Source: Squalus acanthias
Taxonomy: Eukaryota
Direction: 5' to 3'
DNA: 64,000 nucleotides
NCBI GenBank assembly: GCA_030390025.1
Contig: CM059432.1
Span: 143,594,001-143,658,000, forward strand
Shown: positions 1-13,466 of the stretch, in pieces
Layout of the letters: every line of letters begins with the position of its first letter
How positions within the stretch are numbered: position 1 is the stretch's first letter
Position numbers and translations under genes: made by a program
Notes under the pieces: generated by a model
Told to the model about the DNA's origin: nothing
Database searches by the model: none
Seen by the model: the letters and a program-made list of their open reading frames with translations, nothing else

Positions 1-150
1 CCCGCCCCTTCACCCCCATTGGGAATTCGGCCATAGAATAAAGTTTAACGATGGGTTGGACACGGAGGGTTGCAATTCTGGTTTAAGGGGATGAATGCTG
101 AGGGGGTACTTGCCAATAAAACTACTTTTGAACCCTTTTCTTGCGGCTAG

Positions 151-280
151 ATTGGAACTGAGTATGCTCCATTCAGACACAAAGCGATAATCACGTTGCA
201 TGGTCACCTCCGCGCTAGGGAACTCCCCCTGTACGGATCCAAGACACTCGCTGTTCGAGAGGGAACTCTGGACCTCCACG
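151..280 (+). CDS. PKHD1L1: PKHD1L1 exon 1 in window (end of G8 domain 1)
   Basis: tag|ATT..CACG|gtaagc; IGTEYAPFRHKAIITLHGHLRARELPLYGSKTLAVREGTLDLHG. Confidence 0.92.
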
Positions 281-1641
281 GTAAGCCTCTGAGTGCTGAA
301 TGCACGCTGAAGTTTCCAAAATATACTCAGCCTATCAAATAATAACAGCAACTTGCATTAATACAGCGCCTTTAACGTAGTAAAACGTCCCAAGGCGCTT
401 CACAGGAACGATTATCAAACAAAAACTGACACTGAGCCACACAATGAGATATAGGACAGCCGAGCAAATGCTTGGTCAACATTAGAACATAAGACGTAGG
501 AGCAGGAGTCGGTCATTTGGCCCCTCGAGCCTGCTCCGCCATTCAATAAGATCATGGCTGATCTGATCTTGGCCTGAACTCCACCTCCCTGCCCGCTCCC
601 CATAACCCTTGACTCTTGTCAAAGAGGTCGGTTTTAAGGAGCATCTTAAAGGAGGAGAGAGAGGTGAAGAGATTTATTCATAAACACTTTCTATAGACTT
701 GCAAGCCTAAATACTATACACAGCAGGAAGAGAGTAATCTGGATCTATTTTAAACCCTGCAAGCCGTGTTATTTTGTTATAAAGATTTGTATGTAGATGA
801 GACACTCGTTAAGAGCTTAATCGCCTGTCTCCTTTACAATGTGCAACTGCAGGTGTGAACTGTAAGCCATCGAGCATTCTGTTCATCTGCCGTAGCCAAT
901 CACTTAGGGGTCAATAAACTAAACAACTGGCTAAGAGGATTACTGTCACTTGGCGAAAATGAGTGCTTGTTAGGTATTCATTCAGAATTTCTTTGGTGTA
1001 GAGAAGTAATGCAATGTTTGTATGAAATAGGATTTAATGGCATTTTTCATTTTATTATACCAACTAGTTCAGCTATGTAATTAATTGTAAAACAATTCTA
1101 TATACGTGGGTGGCACAGTTGAAAGATTAGCACACAATGCCTCTTACAATCAGTGCCACCTCGAAGATACCAAGCAGAGAGGGAGAGAAAATCAGGACAG
1201 CCACACCCAAGGAGTGAAATAGGGGGAGTTTACCCTTTAAAAATAAATGAAGCAATATTATATAAATGCAGCGGGCTCAACTCAGTTGCATTTTATTGTG
1301 TATATTAATCTGACTATATCCACTAAAAAACAGATTATCTGGTCATTATCTCATCGCTGTTTGTGGGAGCTTGCTGTGAGTAAATTAGCCGCCGCTGTTC
1401 CTACATTACAACAGTGACTACACTTCAAAAGCACTTCATTGGCTGTAATGCTCTTTGGGATGTCCTGAGGTGGTGAAAGGCGTTATAGAAAATGCCAGTT
1501 CTTTCTTATTTTCTTTGAATTGAAAGATTGCAACAAGCATAAGCATTTAAAGGAATGGTTTTGTTGCGAATGTAGTAAATTTTAGTTTTGTTTTGACAAG
1601 GGGTTGGAATCGGAATGAGATTGTCATTCTCTCCTACTCAG

Positions 1642-1771
1642 GTCTCCCTGTTCCTGTAACCTGGACTCATTTAGCTCAGACTGCTGATGCAGGCACCTCC
1701 ACTCTAATCTTACAAAAAGCCGTGACTTGGAGACCAGGGGATGAGATTGTCATTGCGTCAACTGGCGGCAG
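1642..1771 (+). CDS. PKHD1L1: PKHD1L1 exon 2
   Basis: cag|GT..GCAG|gtacat; LPVPVTWTHLAQTADAG...GDEIVIASTGG. Confidence 0.92.
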
Positions 1772-1863
1772 GTACATCTGGGACATCGAGGCACAAGTAG
1801 CGTGGCCTGGAGTCTTCTAAGATTGAGTCACTCCCTAGAAACTCATCGGGTCTGTATCACTAG

Positions 1864-2268
1864 TGTCGGCCGTGGCTCAGTGGGTGTCCCTCTCACCTCT
1901 CAGTCAGAAGCTTCGAGCCCCACTCCAGAGACTTGAGCACATGACCTAGGCTGACACTCCCAGTGCAGTGCTGAGGGAGTGCTGCACTGTCGGAGGTGCT
2001 GTCTTTTGGATAAGACGTTAAATCGAGGTCACGTCCTCCCTCTCAGGTGAATGTAAAAGATCCCCTGGCATTATTGGAAGAAGAGTTCTCCCCGGTGTCC
2101 TGGCCAACATTTATCACTCAATCGATACCTAAATTTCATCGCAGTTTGGCTGCCGCGTTTCCTACATTGCAACAGTGACTACACATCAAAAGTATTTAAT
2201 TGGCTGTAAAATGCTTTGGGAAGTCCTGAGGCTGTGAAAGATGCTAAAGAAATGCAAGTCTTTCTTTC
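1864..2268 (+). mobile_element. tRNA-headed Deu-type SINE (SacSINE1-like)
   Basis: A-box tggctcagtgg; core agacgttaaatcgagg...aaaagatccc; cttt tail. Confidence 0.75.
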
Positions 2269-2654
2269 ACTGACTCTCCATGGAGTCACCTCCTAGTCTC
2301 TGAGTGATGAGGCGGAGTGATGAGGACAGAGAAGCGGTGCACAGGTGAAGCGCTGGTGGAGTTTTTAAACTTTATACATGGGATGTGGGCAACGCCGGCA
2401 AGGCCAGCATTTATTGCCCATCCCTAATTGCCCTTGAGAAGGTTGTGGTGAGCCGCCGCCTTGAACCGCTGCAGTCCGTTATGTTATAGTACGGTATATT
2501 ATGTTGTGTTGTGTTCCAATTGTACAGGGAAATGTAAACCTATTCGATTCCGTGCGAACGATTACAGCATGAGTTTATCATTCTGCATTTCTGAGACATC
2601 TTTTGCTATTTGGGCTCTGCTTCAGCCTCTAAGACTTTTTCTTTAAATGTGCAG

Positions 2655-2896
2655 CCAGAGCCAGAGAGAAAATGAGCAGAGGACGATAGAAACCGTATCA
2701 GCCAACGGGAAGACCCTCAACCTCACCGAGCCGCTGAACTATACGCACCTGGGGGTGTCTGTCACACTGCCTGATGGGATTGTGTTTGAAGGGAGAGCTG
2801 AAGTGGGTCTACTGACCCGCAATATCATTGTCAGAGGGTCAAGTAATGTTGAGTGGAATGATAAAATCGAAGCATGCCCTGATGGGTTTGACACTG
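2655..2896 (+). CDS. PKHD1L1: PKHD1L1 exon 3
   Basis: cag|C..ACTG|gtatgt; QSQRENE...RAEVGLLTRNIIVRG...CPDGFDT. Confidence 0.93.
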
Positions 2897-3544
2897 GTAT
2901 GTCTACTAGTTCATTAACCATCTAGATATACAATATTTCTAAAGCTGTTTGAATGAATGTTGACACAAGGGCCTAGAAATTGGACCGCATGGAGCCTGTT
3001 TTTCAGGCCCAATATGGCGAGCAGGAGTGGCTCGTCTGGTCTCCACATTAAAACCACGGGCTGCTGATGGCCACCGGTCTCCTCTCCCACCCGCCCCCCC
3101 CCCCCCAAACTCCGATCACCCCTCTCCCTTTCTCACGATCACCCCTCTCCCCTTCTTCCGTACCCCCTCTCCATTATCCTGATCTCCTCCCCCGATCGCC
3201 CCTCCTCCAATCTCCTCTTCTCTCCCCCTCTCTCCTCCCGATCTCCTCTCCCAATCACCCCTCCCCTTTTCCCGATCGCCTATCCCGATCGCCGCTCCCA
3301 ACAATGTGCAAGCACCCTCAACCACACCGACTGCAGCAGTTCAAGAAGACGGCGGCTCATCACCACCTTCTCAGGGCAACTAGGGATGGACGATAAATGC
3401 CGGCCTTACCAGCGACGCCCACATCCCAAGAATTAATTATAAAAAATCATGTACAAATGAAACCAACTGCAGTTATCATGTAAATATAAACAGGCTTACA
3501 ATTGTGCCTTTTAATTTCTTAGCTAAGAATTCCTTTGTCTTCAG

Positions 3545-3681
3545 GTGAGTTTGCCACGCAGACCTGTTACCAGGGACGCTTTGGTGAAGAAATCGGAAGC
3601 GACCAGTACGGGGGCTGCATAATGTTCCACGCGCCGCGGCCCAGCGCCGGCCTGGCGGTGGGGAGAATCGAATACGTCGAG
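3545..3681 (+). CDS. PKHD1L1: PKHD1L1 exon 4
   Basis: cag|GT..GAG|gtactt; EFATQTCYQGRFGEEIGSDQYGGCIMFHAP...IEYVE. Confidence 0.93.
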
Positions 3682-4512
3682 GTACTTCTTCTCCCCCGAC
3701 CCCTTGGCATAGCTGCTCGATTCTGAAGACCTTTCTGTGGAGCAGCTTTTGAACGCAGGGGGGACCGTGAGGGGAGAGGGAGATAACCTGCACGCATAGA
3801 AAAGTAACAGAGCGGCAGATAGAGCGTTACTAGAATGACCTTGGAGAATACAAAATAGGGGGAAGGAGGAAAAGAGAGAGAGAGAGAGAGAGAGAAAATG
3901 ACTGGTGACCAGTTGAAACACTTGCTGCCATGATCATAGAATCATCGAAATCTACAACACAGAAGGTGGCCATTTGTCCCATCGTGTCTGTGTCGGGTGA
4001 AAATGATGTAAATTACAGGATAATTCCTCAGCCAGACTTACAGAATCTCCAACATTTTCTTTTCATGAAATGCATGTTTTACATTGTGTATTCAGTGGAA
4101 GGCAATTTCCATCTGTATCTCATTAATGTATCCTTTGACAGTGAAAATTGCAGTTTGCCGGTATTTGTACAACTTAGGGACAGATCATGATTTACAAGGT
4201 TTTAGGTTAGCTGGCAGTAACTAGAGGCATTGCAAGTATTTCTATGTAACAAACTTTGCTTTCCATTTGTAGGTTGAATAAAGTAATAACGAGTTCAATA
4301 ATTCATCAGTACATGGCGGAGTGTAGGGGGCAGAAAGAATGTGGTGTTTGTGTTTAGTTATTGGCCGCCTCTAGGTGTTTCTTAATCCCAGAAGAGGTTT
4401 TGTAAACAATTCTCAGTTCAGTCTCACTCCCCGTCACTCTCTCTACATCTTTGCTTTGTATACATTGTCAACGTGGTTTTATGAAAGGGAAATTGTGTTT
4501 GACAAATCTATT

Positions 4513-6044
4513 ATAGAATCATAGAAAGTTACAGCACAGAAGGAGGCCATTTCAGCCCATTGTGTCTGCGCCGGCCAATAAAGAGCTATCCAGCCTAATC
4601 CCACTTCCCAGCTCTTGGTCCGTAGCCCTGCAGGTTGGAGCATCCCAAGTGCACATCCAAGTACTTTTTAAATGTGGTTAGGGTTCCTGCCTCTACCACC
4701 CTTTCAGGCAGTGAGTTCCAGACCCCCACAACCCTCTGGGTGAAGAAATTTCCCCTCAAATCCCCTCTAAACCTTCCCCCAATTACTTTAAATCTGTGCC
4801 CCCTGGTTTTTGACCCCTCTGCTAAGGGTAATAGGTCCTTTCTATCCACTTTATCTAGGCCCCTCATAATTTTATACACTTCAATAAGGTCTCCCCTCAG
4901 CCTCCTCTGTTATAAAACATCTTTGGGTTTTCCTTGATTTTACTTGCCAAGAATTTTTCATGCTCTCTCTTTGTTTTCCTAATATCATTTTTAATTGCAC
5001 CCCTGCACTTTCTGTACTCCTCTAAAGATTCTGGAGTATTTAGCCCTCGGTATCTGTCATACGCCTCCCTTTTTTTCTTTATCCTACCCTGTATGTCTCT
5101 AGACATCCAGGGGGCTCCAGATTTGTTAGTCCCACCTTTTTTCTTTAAGGGCACATATTTGGTCTGAACCCTCCGGATCTCCTCCTTGAATGCCTCTGAC
5201 ACTGATTTACCTTCAAGTAGCTGGTTCCAGTCCACTGTGGCTAAATCCCCTCTGAGCTTAGCAAAATTTGCTTTTCCCCAATTTAGAATTTTAATTCCTG
5301 GTCTATCCTTGTCCTTTTCCATAACTACCTTAAATCTAACAGAATTATGGTCACTAGCACCAAAATGCTCCCCCACTGATACGCCTTCTACCTGCCCAGC
5401 TTCATCCCCTAAAACTAAGTCCAGAACCGCCCCCTCCCTTGTTGGGCTTGCTACATACTGGCTAAAAAAGTTCTCCTGGATGCATTTTAGGAATTCCGCA
5501 CCTTCTATACCCTTCACATTAATTTTATCCCAGTTAATATTGGTAGTTGAAATCCCCTACTATTACTGCCCTATAGTTTTTGCACTTCTCAGAAATTTGT
5601 CTACATATTTGTTGTTCTATTTCCCTCTCACTGTTTGGGGCTCTGTAGTACACTCCCAGCAGTGTGATCGCCCCTTTTTTGTTTTTCAATTCGACCCATA
5701 TGGCTTCATTTGATGATCCCTCCAACATATCATCCCTCCTCACAGCTGTAATAGTTTCTTTAATCAATACCGCGACCCCCCCCCCCCTCCCTTTTTACCT
5801 CCCTCTCTATCCCGTCTGAAAATCCTGTAACCAGGAATGTTGAGCTGCCATACCTGCCCCTCTTTCAGCCACGTCTCTGTAATAGCTATAATATCATAGT
5901 CCCAAGTATCTACCTGTGCCCTCAGCTCATCTGCCTTGTTCGCTATACTCCTTGCATTGAACTATATACCAATTAGTACAGGCAAACCTCCTTGTTGACT
6001 ACTATCTAGCCCTTGATTCCTCTGTCCTTCCAATTTACTTTTTA
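4513..6044 (-). mobile_element. CR1 LINE, internally deleted (endonuclease region + 3' end), inserted in a + strand CR1 fragment
   Basis: GVYYRAP, VGDFN, SDHN, FFTQRVVGVWNSLP; ctatta duplicated at the flanks. Confidence 0.85.
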
Positions 6045-6697
6045 CTATTAGAGATTTTTGAGGATGTAACTAGCAGGGTAGATGAAGGGGAACCAGTAGA
6101 TGTAGTATACTTTGATTTTCAAAAGACATTCAATAAGATGTCACACGGAAGGTTGTTACACAAGATATGGGGTTGGGGGTAATGACCCTGAAATTGCGCT
6201 GTCATATTCCCTTTGAAATGCCTCGTACGTTCCGGATTTCCGTAGGCGCTTACACATCTGCGAAATCCAGAACTTGCGGCCTGTCAACATACGTGTTGGT
6301 CAGGACACTGGGGAGAACTCCCCTGTTCTTCAGCATAGTGCCATGGGATCTTTTACGTCCACCTGAAATGGCAGGCGGGGCCTCGGTTTAATGTTACATC
6401 TGGGTGTGTCAGCCTGGATTTTTGTGCTCAAGTTTCATGCAGTGGGAGCTTGAAGCCACGACCTTCGACACAGATGCGAGAGAGTGCTACCCACTGAGCC
6501 AAGGCTGACACCCGGGCCTGTTCTCTTTTGGAAAAGTGATCAATGAGGTGACCTCAGTGATGTTCTCAAAATGATGAGGGAGACTGAGAAAGTGTATCCG
6601 GACAAGCTGTTCACTTTAGCAAAGGATTTAGCCTAGGCCCTAAGCTCTGGAATTCCCTTCCTAAACCTCTCTGCCTCTCCACCTCTCTCTCTCCTAG

Positions 6698-7196
6698 TGC
6701 AGCGAAGATTCACCAGACTGATACCTGGGATGGCAGGAATGACGTATGAAGAGAGATTGGGACGATTGGGCTTGTATTCGCTAGAGTTTAGAAGAATGAG
6801 AGGGGATCTCATTGAAACTTATAAAATTCTAACAGGACTAGACAGACTAGATGCAGGAAGGATGTTCCCGATGGCCGGGGAGTCCAGAACCAGGGGTCAC
6901 AGTCTAAGGATAAGGGGTAAGCCATTTAGGACTGAGATGAGGAGGAATTTCTTCACCCAGAGAGTGGTGAACCTGTGGAATTCTCTACCACAGAAGGCAG
7001 TTGAGGCCAATTCATCAAATATATTCAAGAAGGAGTTAGATATATTTCTTAAGGCTAAAGGGATCAAGGGATATGGGGAGAAAGCAGGTACAGGGTACTG
7101 AATTTGGATGATCAGCCATGATCGCATTGAATGGCAGAGCAGGCTCGAGGGGCCGAATGGCCTACTCCTGCTCCTATCTTCTATGTTTCTATGTTT
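6698..7196 (+). mobile_element. CR1 3' fragment inside an L2-like 3' end (6630-7365)
   Basis: [30 protein letters not shown]; (ctatgttt)n tail. Confidence 0.85.
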
Positions 7197-7495
7197 AGGT
7201 CACTCCTTAAAACCTACCTCTCTGGCCAAGCTTTTGGTCACCTGTCCTAATATCTCCTCATGTGGCTCGGTGTCAAATTTTGTTTGATAATCGCTTCAGT
7301 GAAGCGCCTTGGGACGTTTTACTGTGTTGAAGGCGCTATATAAATGCAAGCTGTTGTTGTTTATAAAAGAAAAGAAAGAGCTTGCATTTCTATAGCGCCT
7401 TTCACGACCTCAGGACGTCCCAAAGCTCTTCACATCCGCTATAGAAATGCAAGTGTTTCTTTTCTTTTTAATTCAGCTGCTCTCTCTTTTCCCAG

Positions 7496-8525
7496 ATATA
7501 TCACGCAGGGCAAGCCTTCCGCCTGGGGCGGTACCCGATACACTGGCACCTGATGGGAAACCTGAGTTACCAGTCGTACGTGCGAGGCTGCGCAATACAC
7601 CGGACATTTAACAGGGCGGTGACCATCCACGGCACGCACAACCTCCTGGTGGAGAGCAACGTGGCTTATGACATCAGAGGGGGAGCGTTCTTCATCGAGG
7701 ACGGCATCGAGCGTGGCAACATCCTGCAGTACAACCTGGCGGTTATGGTCCGCCAAAGCACCAGCCTCCTGAACGACGATCTCACCCCGGCGGCCTTCTG
7801 GCTGACCAACCCCCAGAACACGGTCCGCCACAACGCTGCCGCCGGGGGGACGCACTTCGGCTTCTGGTACCGGCTGCTCGAGCACCCCGGCGGGCCCTCC
7901 CACACTCCCTTCGTCTGCCCGCGCAACGATCCCCTGGGCCAGTTCCTCAACAACACCGTGCACTCCTACGGCCGGTTCGGGCTGTGGATTTTCGAAGCGT
8001 ACCACCCGACAGAAGGGGGGTGGTGCGAATCCTCGTCGCCGGAAGTCGCCAGCTTCGAGTCGCTGACCTCGTGGAACTGCGAGAAAGGGGCGGAGTGGGT
8101 GGACGGCGGCACGCTCCAATTCCACAACTTCCTGATGGTCAATAATGAGCAGGCCGGCATAGAAATGAAACGCATCATGCGCCGCTACGTGGCTGAGTGG
8201 GGCGAGGCCAGTGGCGCGCTGATTAAGAACGCGACGATTGTGGGTCACGTGGAGGAACTTGGTCTCGGCTCCGACTATTGCACCACAATAGGCATGGTCT
8301 TGCCCTTTGGTGAAGGGCTGACCGTATCGTCTGTACGGTTCGTGAACTTTGACCAGGCGCACTGTGCTGCCTTGGCGCTGACCAGAGACCAAGGGGTTTG
8401 CACGGACCGCTGCGGAGGCTGGAGTGTGAGATTCAGCGGGGTTCAGTACTTTAACGCCACGAACAAGGCTGCCTTCCGCTGGGAGCACGAATTGTTCCTG
8501 CACGATCTTGACGGGTCTCTTACAG
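7496..8525 (+). CDS. PKHD1L1: PKHD1L1 exon 5 (1030 nt, PbH1 repeats)
   Basis: cag|ATA..ACAG|gtaagg; IYHAGQAFRLGRYPIHWHLMG...FFIEDGIERGN...WEHELFLHDLDGSLT. Confidence 0.95.
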
Positions 8526-8569
8526 GTAAGGCCGACAGATTCGGGGGCAGGTGCTGATTTGGGGATTTG

Positions 8570-9047
8570 TTTTTTTAATTTGTTCTTATGGGATGTGGGC
8601 GTCGCTGGCAAGGCCAGCATTTATTGCACATCCCTAGTTGCCGTTGAGAAGGTGATGGTGAGCCGCCGCCTTGAACCGCTGCAGTCCGTGTGGTGAAGGT
8701 ACTCCCAACAGTGCTGTTAGGGAGGGCGTTCCAGGATTTTGACCCAGCGACGATGAAGGAACGGCCGATATATTTCCAACTCGGGATGGTGTGTGCCTTG
8801 GAGGGGAACTTGGAGGTGGTGGTGTTCCCATGCGCCTGCTGCCCTTGTCCTTCCAGGTGGAAGAGGTCGCGGGTTTGGGAGGTGCTGCCGAAGAAGCCTC
8901 GGCGAGTTGCTGCAGTGCATCTTGTAGATGGTACACACTGCAGCCACGGTGCGCCGGTGGTGGAGGGAGTGAATGTTTAAGGTGGTGGACGGGGTGCCAA
9001 TCAAGCTGGGCTGCTTTGTCCTGGATGGTGTCGAGCTTCTTGAGTGA
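8570..9047 (-). mobile_element. Non-LTR retrotransposon 3' end (CR1/L2-related family); other copies about 2365-2480, 3295-3440, 11930-12180, 54830-55107, 61600-61890
   Basis: SKSWNSLP..GLQRFK..AHHHLL terminus and A-rich tail recur across copies. Confidence 0.7.
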
Positions 9048-9345
9048 CCTGGTTATGCCAAGTCTGCGCCCCGTTGGTGCTGCGCCGGGGCTGTGGGGGG
9101 GGGTTCCCCCAAGAACTCTGGGGTGACACGCTTCGACATTCACAACCTTTATTGGTGATGTTGGAAAGAGGCGGAACCGGTGCAAATTACATCGATTTAC
9201 AGCACAGAAACAGCCCATTCGGCCCAACTGGTCCGTGCCGGTGTTTATGCTCCACACGAGCCTCCTTCATCTCACCCCTATCAACAGATCCTTCCATGTG
9301 TTTGTCTGGCTTCCACTGAAATGCACCAATGCCGTTCACCTCAAC

Positions 9346-9505
9346 CAGCGTTCCCTGTAAAGTGCGCGGCCGTGCAGCTCTCTGCCGGTCCCGGGCTGCG
9401 CTGGGACCAGCTTTTTCAATGTAAGGTTTTGCATTGAAACTGTGAATGGGCCGCGCAGCCCCTTAAAGGGGTCGCGCACCCAAACAAAAATAAGAGGGAG
9501 CATTG
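9346..9505. mobile_element. hAT-like MITE inside a CR1 tail (partial inverted copy about 47748-47825)
   Basis: TIR cagcgttccct / agggagcattg; imperfect 8-bp TSD acctcaac / gtctcaac. Confidence 0.65.
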
Positions 9506-10702
9506 GTCTCAACTACTCCTTGTAGCGAGTTCCACATTCTCACCGCTCTCTGGGTAAAGAAGTTTCTCCTGAATTCCCGATTGGATTTATTAGTGACTGT
9601 CTTATATTTATGGCCCTTCGTACTGGTCTCACCCGCAAGTGAAAACATCTTCTCTACGTCTACCCTTTCAGACCCCTTCATAATTTTAAAGACCCCTCAG
9701 TCTTCTCTTGCTCTAGAGAAAGGAGCCCAAGCCTGTTCAGTCTTTCCTGATGGGTTTAACCTTTCAGTTCTGGGATGGTCATCTGCCAGAAATCCCCGCC
9801 CTTTCCCACCTCTGTTACCCACAGCCTATTGAGCGACTGTAGGAGGGCGGGGCTCAGGACCCCCCAGGTCTGCATCCTGCTTCCATTGAGGCCTGTGGCG
9901 TCAGGCAAGGCCAGCTCCCTGTGTCACTCGAGGAGTCCTGGAACAGGGGGAAAAACCACCCAGACCTTCCAGTGCTGCTCCTGCACCGAGAATATCCTTC
10001 CTCCCGACGTTTTCACCTCGTTCCCTGAAGAGAAACCAAATCTTTCCCTCCCAAGGCCGTTGATCAGCTGTTGCCATCAAATGTCTTTGCCGGGAAACAT
10101 TCTTGGGGGGAGGGGGCCAAGTGCCGAATCCATGCCTGCTCTGAGCGGCCGTGGGATCTACTGGGCCTCCCAAGATTGGTTACCTGGGGGGGAGGAAGGG
10201 GAGGGGCGGTGGAAGGGGAAAATCCCAGGGGAGAAATGAAAAAAGAAAGACTTGCATTTCTATAGCGCCTTCCCCCACCTCAGGATGTCCCAAAGCGCTT
10301 TCCAGCCAATGAAGTACCTTTGAAGTGTAGTCACTGTTGTCATGCGGGAAACGCGGCAGCCAATTTGCGCACAGCAAGATCCCGCAAACAGCAATGTGAT
10401 AATGACCAGATAATCTGCTTTTAGTGCTGTCGGTTGCGGGATAAATATCGGTCAGGATTCCGGGGAAAACTGCCCTGCGTTTCTTCGTTATAGCGATTGT
10501 GGGATCTTTTACGGCCACCTGCGGAATGTGCCTGTTGGCTGATGATTCGATGGTGACCGCGGAGAATTCTGCGGCCCGGATTGTGTTGGTCTTCCGCTAC
10601 AAGGCGGAACGCAGATAGAAGGATACTGTTGCAGGACGCCAAATCAGGCGGGACTGTATCTGACTGACGTGTGCTACAAACTGGCTCTTTTTGTTTTTGC
10701 AG

Positions 10703-10894
10703 GTAATTCCGATTATAAGGTGGTTCCGCAGAGCTCGCTTTTGGACCCAGCTCGGTGTCACCAGTCCGCGGAGTGGAGCCTAGGGTACCCTGGTGTAGTG
10801 TGTGATTCCACCGTCACCTTCCACCGCTTGGCTTTCTGTCTGCCTGCACCGTCAGCTCTGCAAAAAAAAAGTGTCATCCTGTCAAATTCTCATG
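10703..10894 (+). CDS. PKHD1L1: PKHD1L1 exon 6
   Basis: cag|GT..CATG|gtgcgt; NSDYKVVPQSSLLDPARC...FHRLAF. Confidence 0.9.
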
Positions 10895-12279
10895 GTGCGT
10901 TCCATTTCCTGCTCTCTGCATCTTCAGGTAGAAATTCCTATGCCATCCTGTCTCGTTGCAGCTGCCCTTCAAAATTACCCCAGTTGACACCGAGCCACAT
11001 GAGGAGACATTAGGTGATTTAAGGTGACCAAACGCTTCGTCAAAGAGGTAGGTTTTAAGGGGGGATCTTAAAAGAGGAGAGAGAGGTGGAGATGCGGAGA
11101 GGTTTAGGGAGGGAATTCCAGAGCTTAGGGCCTCGGCAGCGGAAGGCTCGGCCGCAGCTGGTGGAGCGATTAAAATCGAGGGATGCTCAAGACCAAGGCC
11201 AGAATTGGAGGAGGGCAGAGATCTCGGAGGTTTGTCGGGGCTGGAGGAGGTTACGGAGATGGGGAGGGGTGAGGCACATGGAGGGATTTCAACACAAAGA
11301 ATGAGAATTTTCGCTAGTCCTGTTCCCTACACTAGTCAACATTGTTCAGCGTACAGTTTAGTCCTGTTCCCTCACAGAAGAAAGGTCGTGCCTTCGACCA
11401 TTTAAGTCCCGTTGAGGCATAGACTGCACGCTGGGAAACGCTGCAAACTGCACAGGTGTCGTTGGAAGCTCGGCACAACTTTTCCGAGGTAAACGTATTC
11501 AGTTGAAAACCGTGCTTTTTAAGATGGGCTGGAGGCCTTAAGTAAAAACTTTAAGGAAGGTATTAAAAAACACAAAAAAACAATTAATTGGGTAAATTTA
11601 ATGATATTGAGTAATGTGTATCTTTCTAAATCTTTTATTTGTTTAAAGCCTTATTTTGAACATTATAAATTTCAGTTACTGTTTTTTCTTTCCCCCCCCC
11701 CCAAAAAAACCCAGTTAAAGTGATTTGATTGGTTTATCAGCAGACCGTGACAAGCAACAGTTTACATTGCAAATCCCCATTATAAAACTTTTCGTAGGCA
11801 GGCACTGTCTCAAATGTTACCAGAAATTGTGATCACACAAAGTGAGGTTTATAAACAGGAAGTTCAAGATTTTTAAAATAATATTTATACACATAGATAG
11901 AAAGGAAATATTCCAGATTGTTTAGTAAATTTTTTTAATTCGTTCCTGGGATGTGGGCGTCGCTGGCAAGGCCGGCATTTATTGCCCATCCCTAGTTGCC
12001 CCTTGAGAAGGTGGTGGTGAACTGCCGCCTTGAACCGCTGCAGTCCGTGTGGTGAAGGTGCTCCCACCGTGCTGTTAGGGAGGGAGTTCTAGGATTTTGA
12101 CCCAGCGACGATGAAGGATCGGCGATATACTTCCAAGTCAGGATAGTGTGTGACTTGGAGAGGAACTTGGAGGTGGTGGTGATAACCTGTTCCCTTCTGA
12201 AGGATTAAGTGTAGAAACCTATTGTATGTTTTATTAAAATGAGCTGACGCAGTTTCCATTTTCTGGTGTGTTGATGCAG

Positions 12280-12431
12280 GGTTCAGTATTATCCCATTCC
12301 TGCAACGTCGTCTCACGCACGGACCCGGATGGATGGCTCTTATTCCCAGCAACGACACCTTTAATTGGTATTTCAAGGATGCGGAACATATCACCAACAT
12401 CTCCTACATAGCCACATTTTATCACTTAAAG
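12280..12431 (+). CDS. PKHD1L1: PKHD1L1 exon 7
   Basis: cag|GG..AAG|gtactt; FSIIPFLQRRLTHGPGWMALIP...HITNISYIATFYHLK (absent from the ORF track on +). Confidence 0.9.
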
Positions 12432-13466
12432 GTACTTTATTAAAAGGAGAGTGCAGTGTCAACAGGTTAAGTACTGTGCATGTTACTTACTCATAGACCC
12501 CTCTCGTGCATTTTGTGCTCCGCCTGAGAATCCTATTTCAGTGCAAGGTGTCAGCCATTGCTCAGTGGATGGCACTCTTGTCTCTGGGTCAGAAGGTTGA
12601 GGGCTCACGGTCCCACTCCAGAGACTTCCCTGGTTACCTTGTCAGGGCCAGAACCATAGGGTCATTGGGCTCACTCAAGACCTGGTGTATCAGTAGAGGA
12701 CTGTATACCCAGTGAGGCAAGAGATACTGACTTCCACAATGTGGGCAGATGTGAGCCCTCACCATTGGGGTCCCGGCCATGCAATCCCACTGAAGAGAAG
12801 GATTTTATTTTTTTTCCCCAAACAGATTGACCTCCTTTCCAAGGGGTCAGAAGGGACAATGACTGGGGTCAGGGGTCGGGGGGGGTCCTAGGCAACCAGC
12901 CACCAAGGCTAGACAGGTGCCAGAAACTCGTCCCCTGGAAATGAGGAGTCCTCCCACTGACCCTGCAAACGTTGACCGAGTCGTTGTCGGAGGTCTAACC
13001 TCCCGTATCACAAGTCGTAGATTTTCAGCCCCGTAATCTCTTCCACTTGTTTGTTAGCGGGGAGGAGGCAGTGAGGGAAGAAGGGAGATCTAGAATGGTC
13101 CCACATTGGTACCAACCCAATTATACTTTTGGCGTAACTAAAGTTGCCTCATTGCATGTTTTTAAACAAACACGTTTTCATGGATTTGGATTATCACATT
13201 GAAATGTGGCAGTGAAAAGCTGAGGCCCTTAGTACAGAACACCAACTAAACCAGAGAGTGTTAGAGAGGGAGGGGAGGGGAGGAGAAGGGTGGAGGGAGA
13301 GGGAAGGGGAGGAGGGACGGGGAGGGAAGAAGGGGAGAGGAGAGGAGGAGAGGGAAGGGGGAGGGGATGAGGGGGCAGTGTTGGGGGGAGAGGAGAGGAG
13401 GGGGATGGGAAGGGAGAGGGGAGTAGAAGAGAGGAGAGAAGAGGCAAGGAGAGGAGAGAGCAGTTA

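Noticed and set aside
1615..1754. 14-nt atgagattgtcatt shared by the intron and exon 2
   Set aside because: Too short to separate from chance; no element is bracketed
7439..8620. 393-aa antisense ORF
   Set aside because: Shadow of the GC3-rich PKHD1L1 exon 5; no recognisable domain
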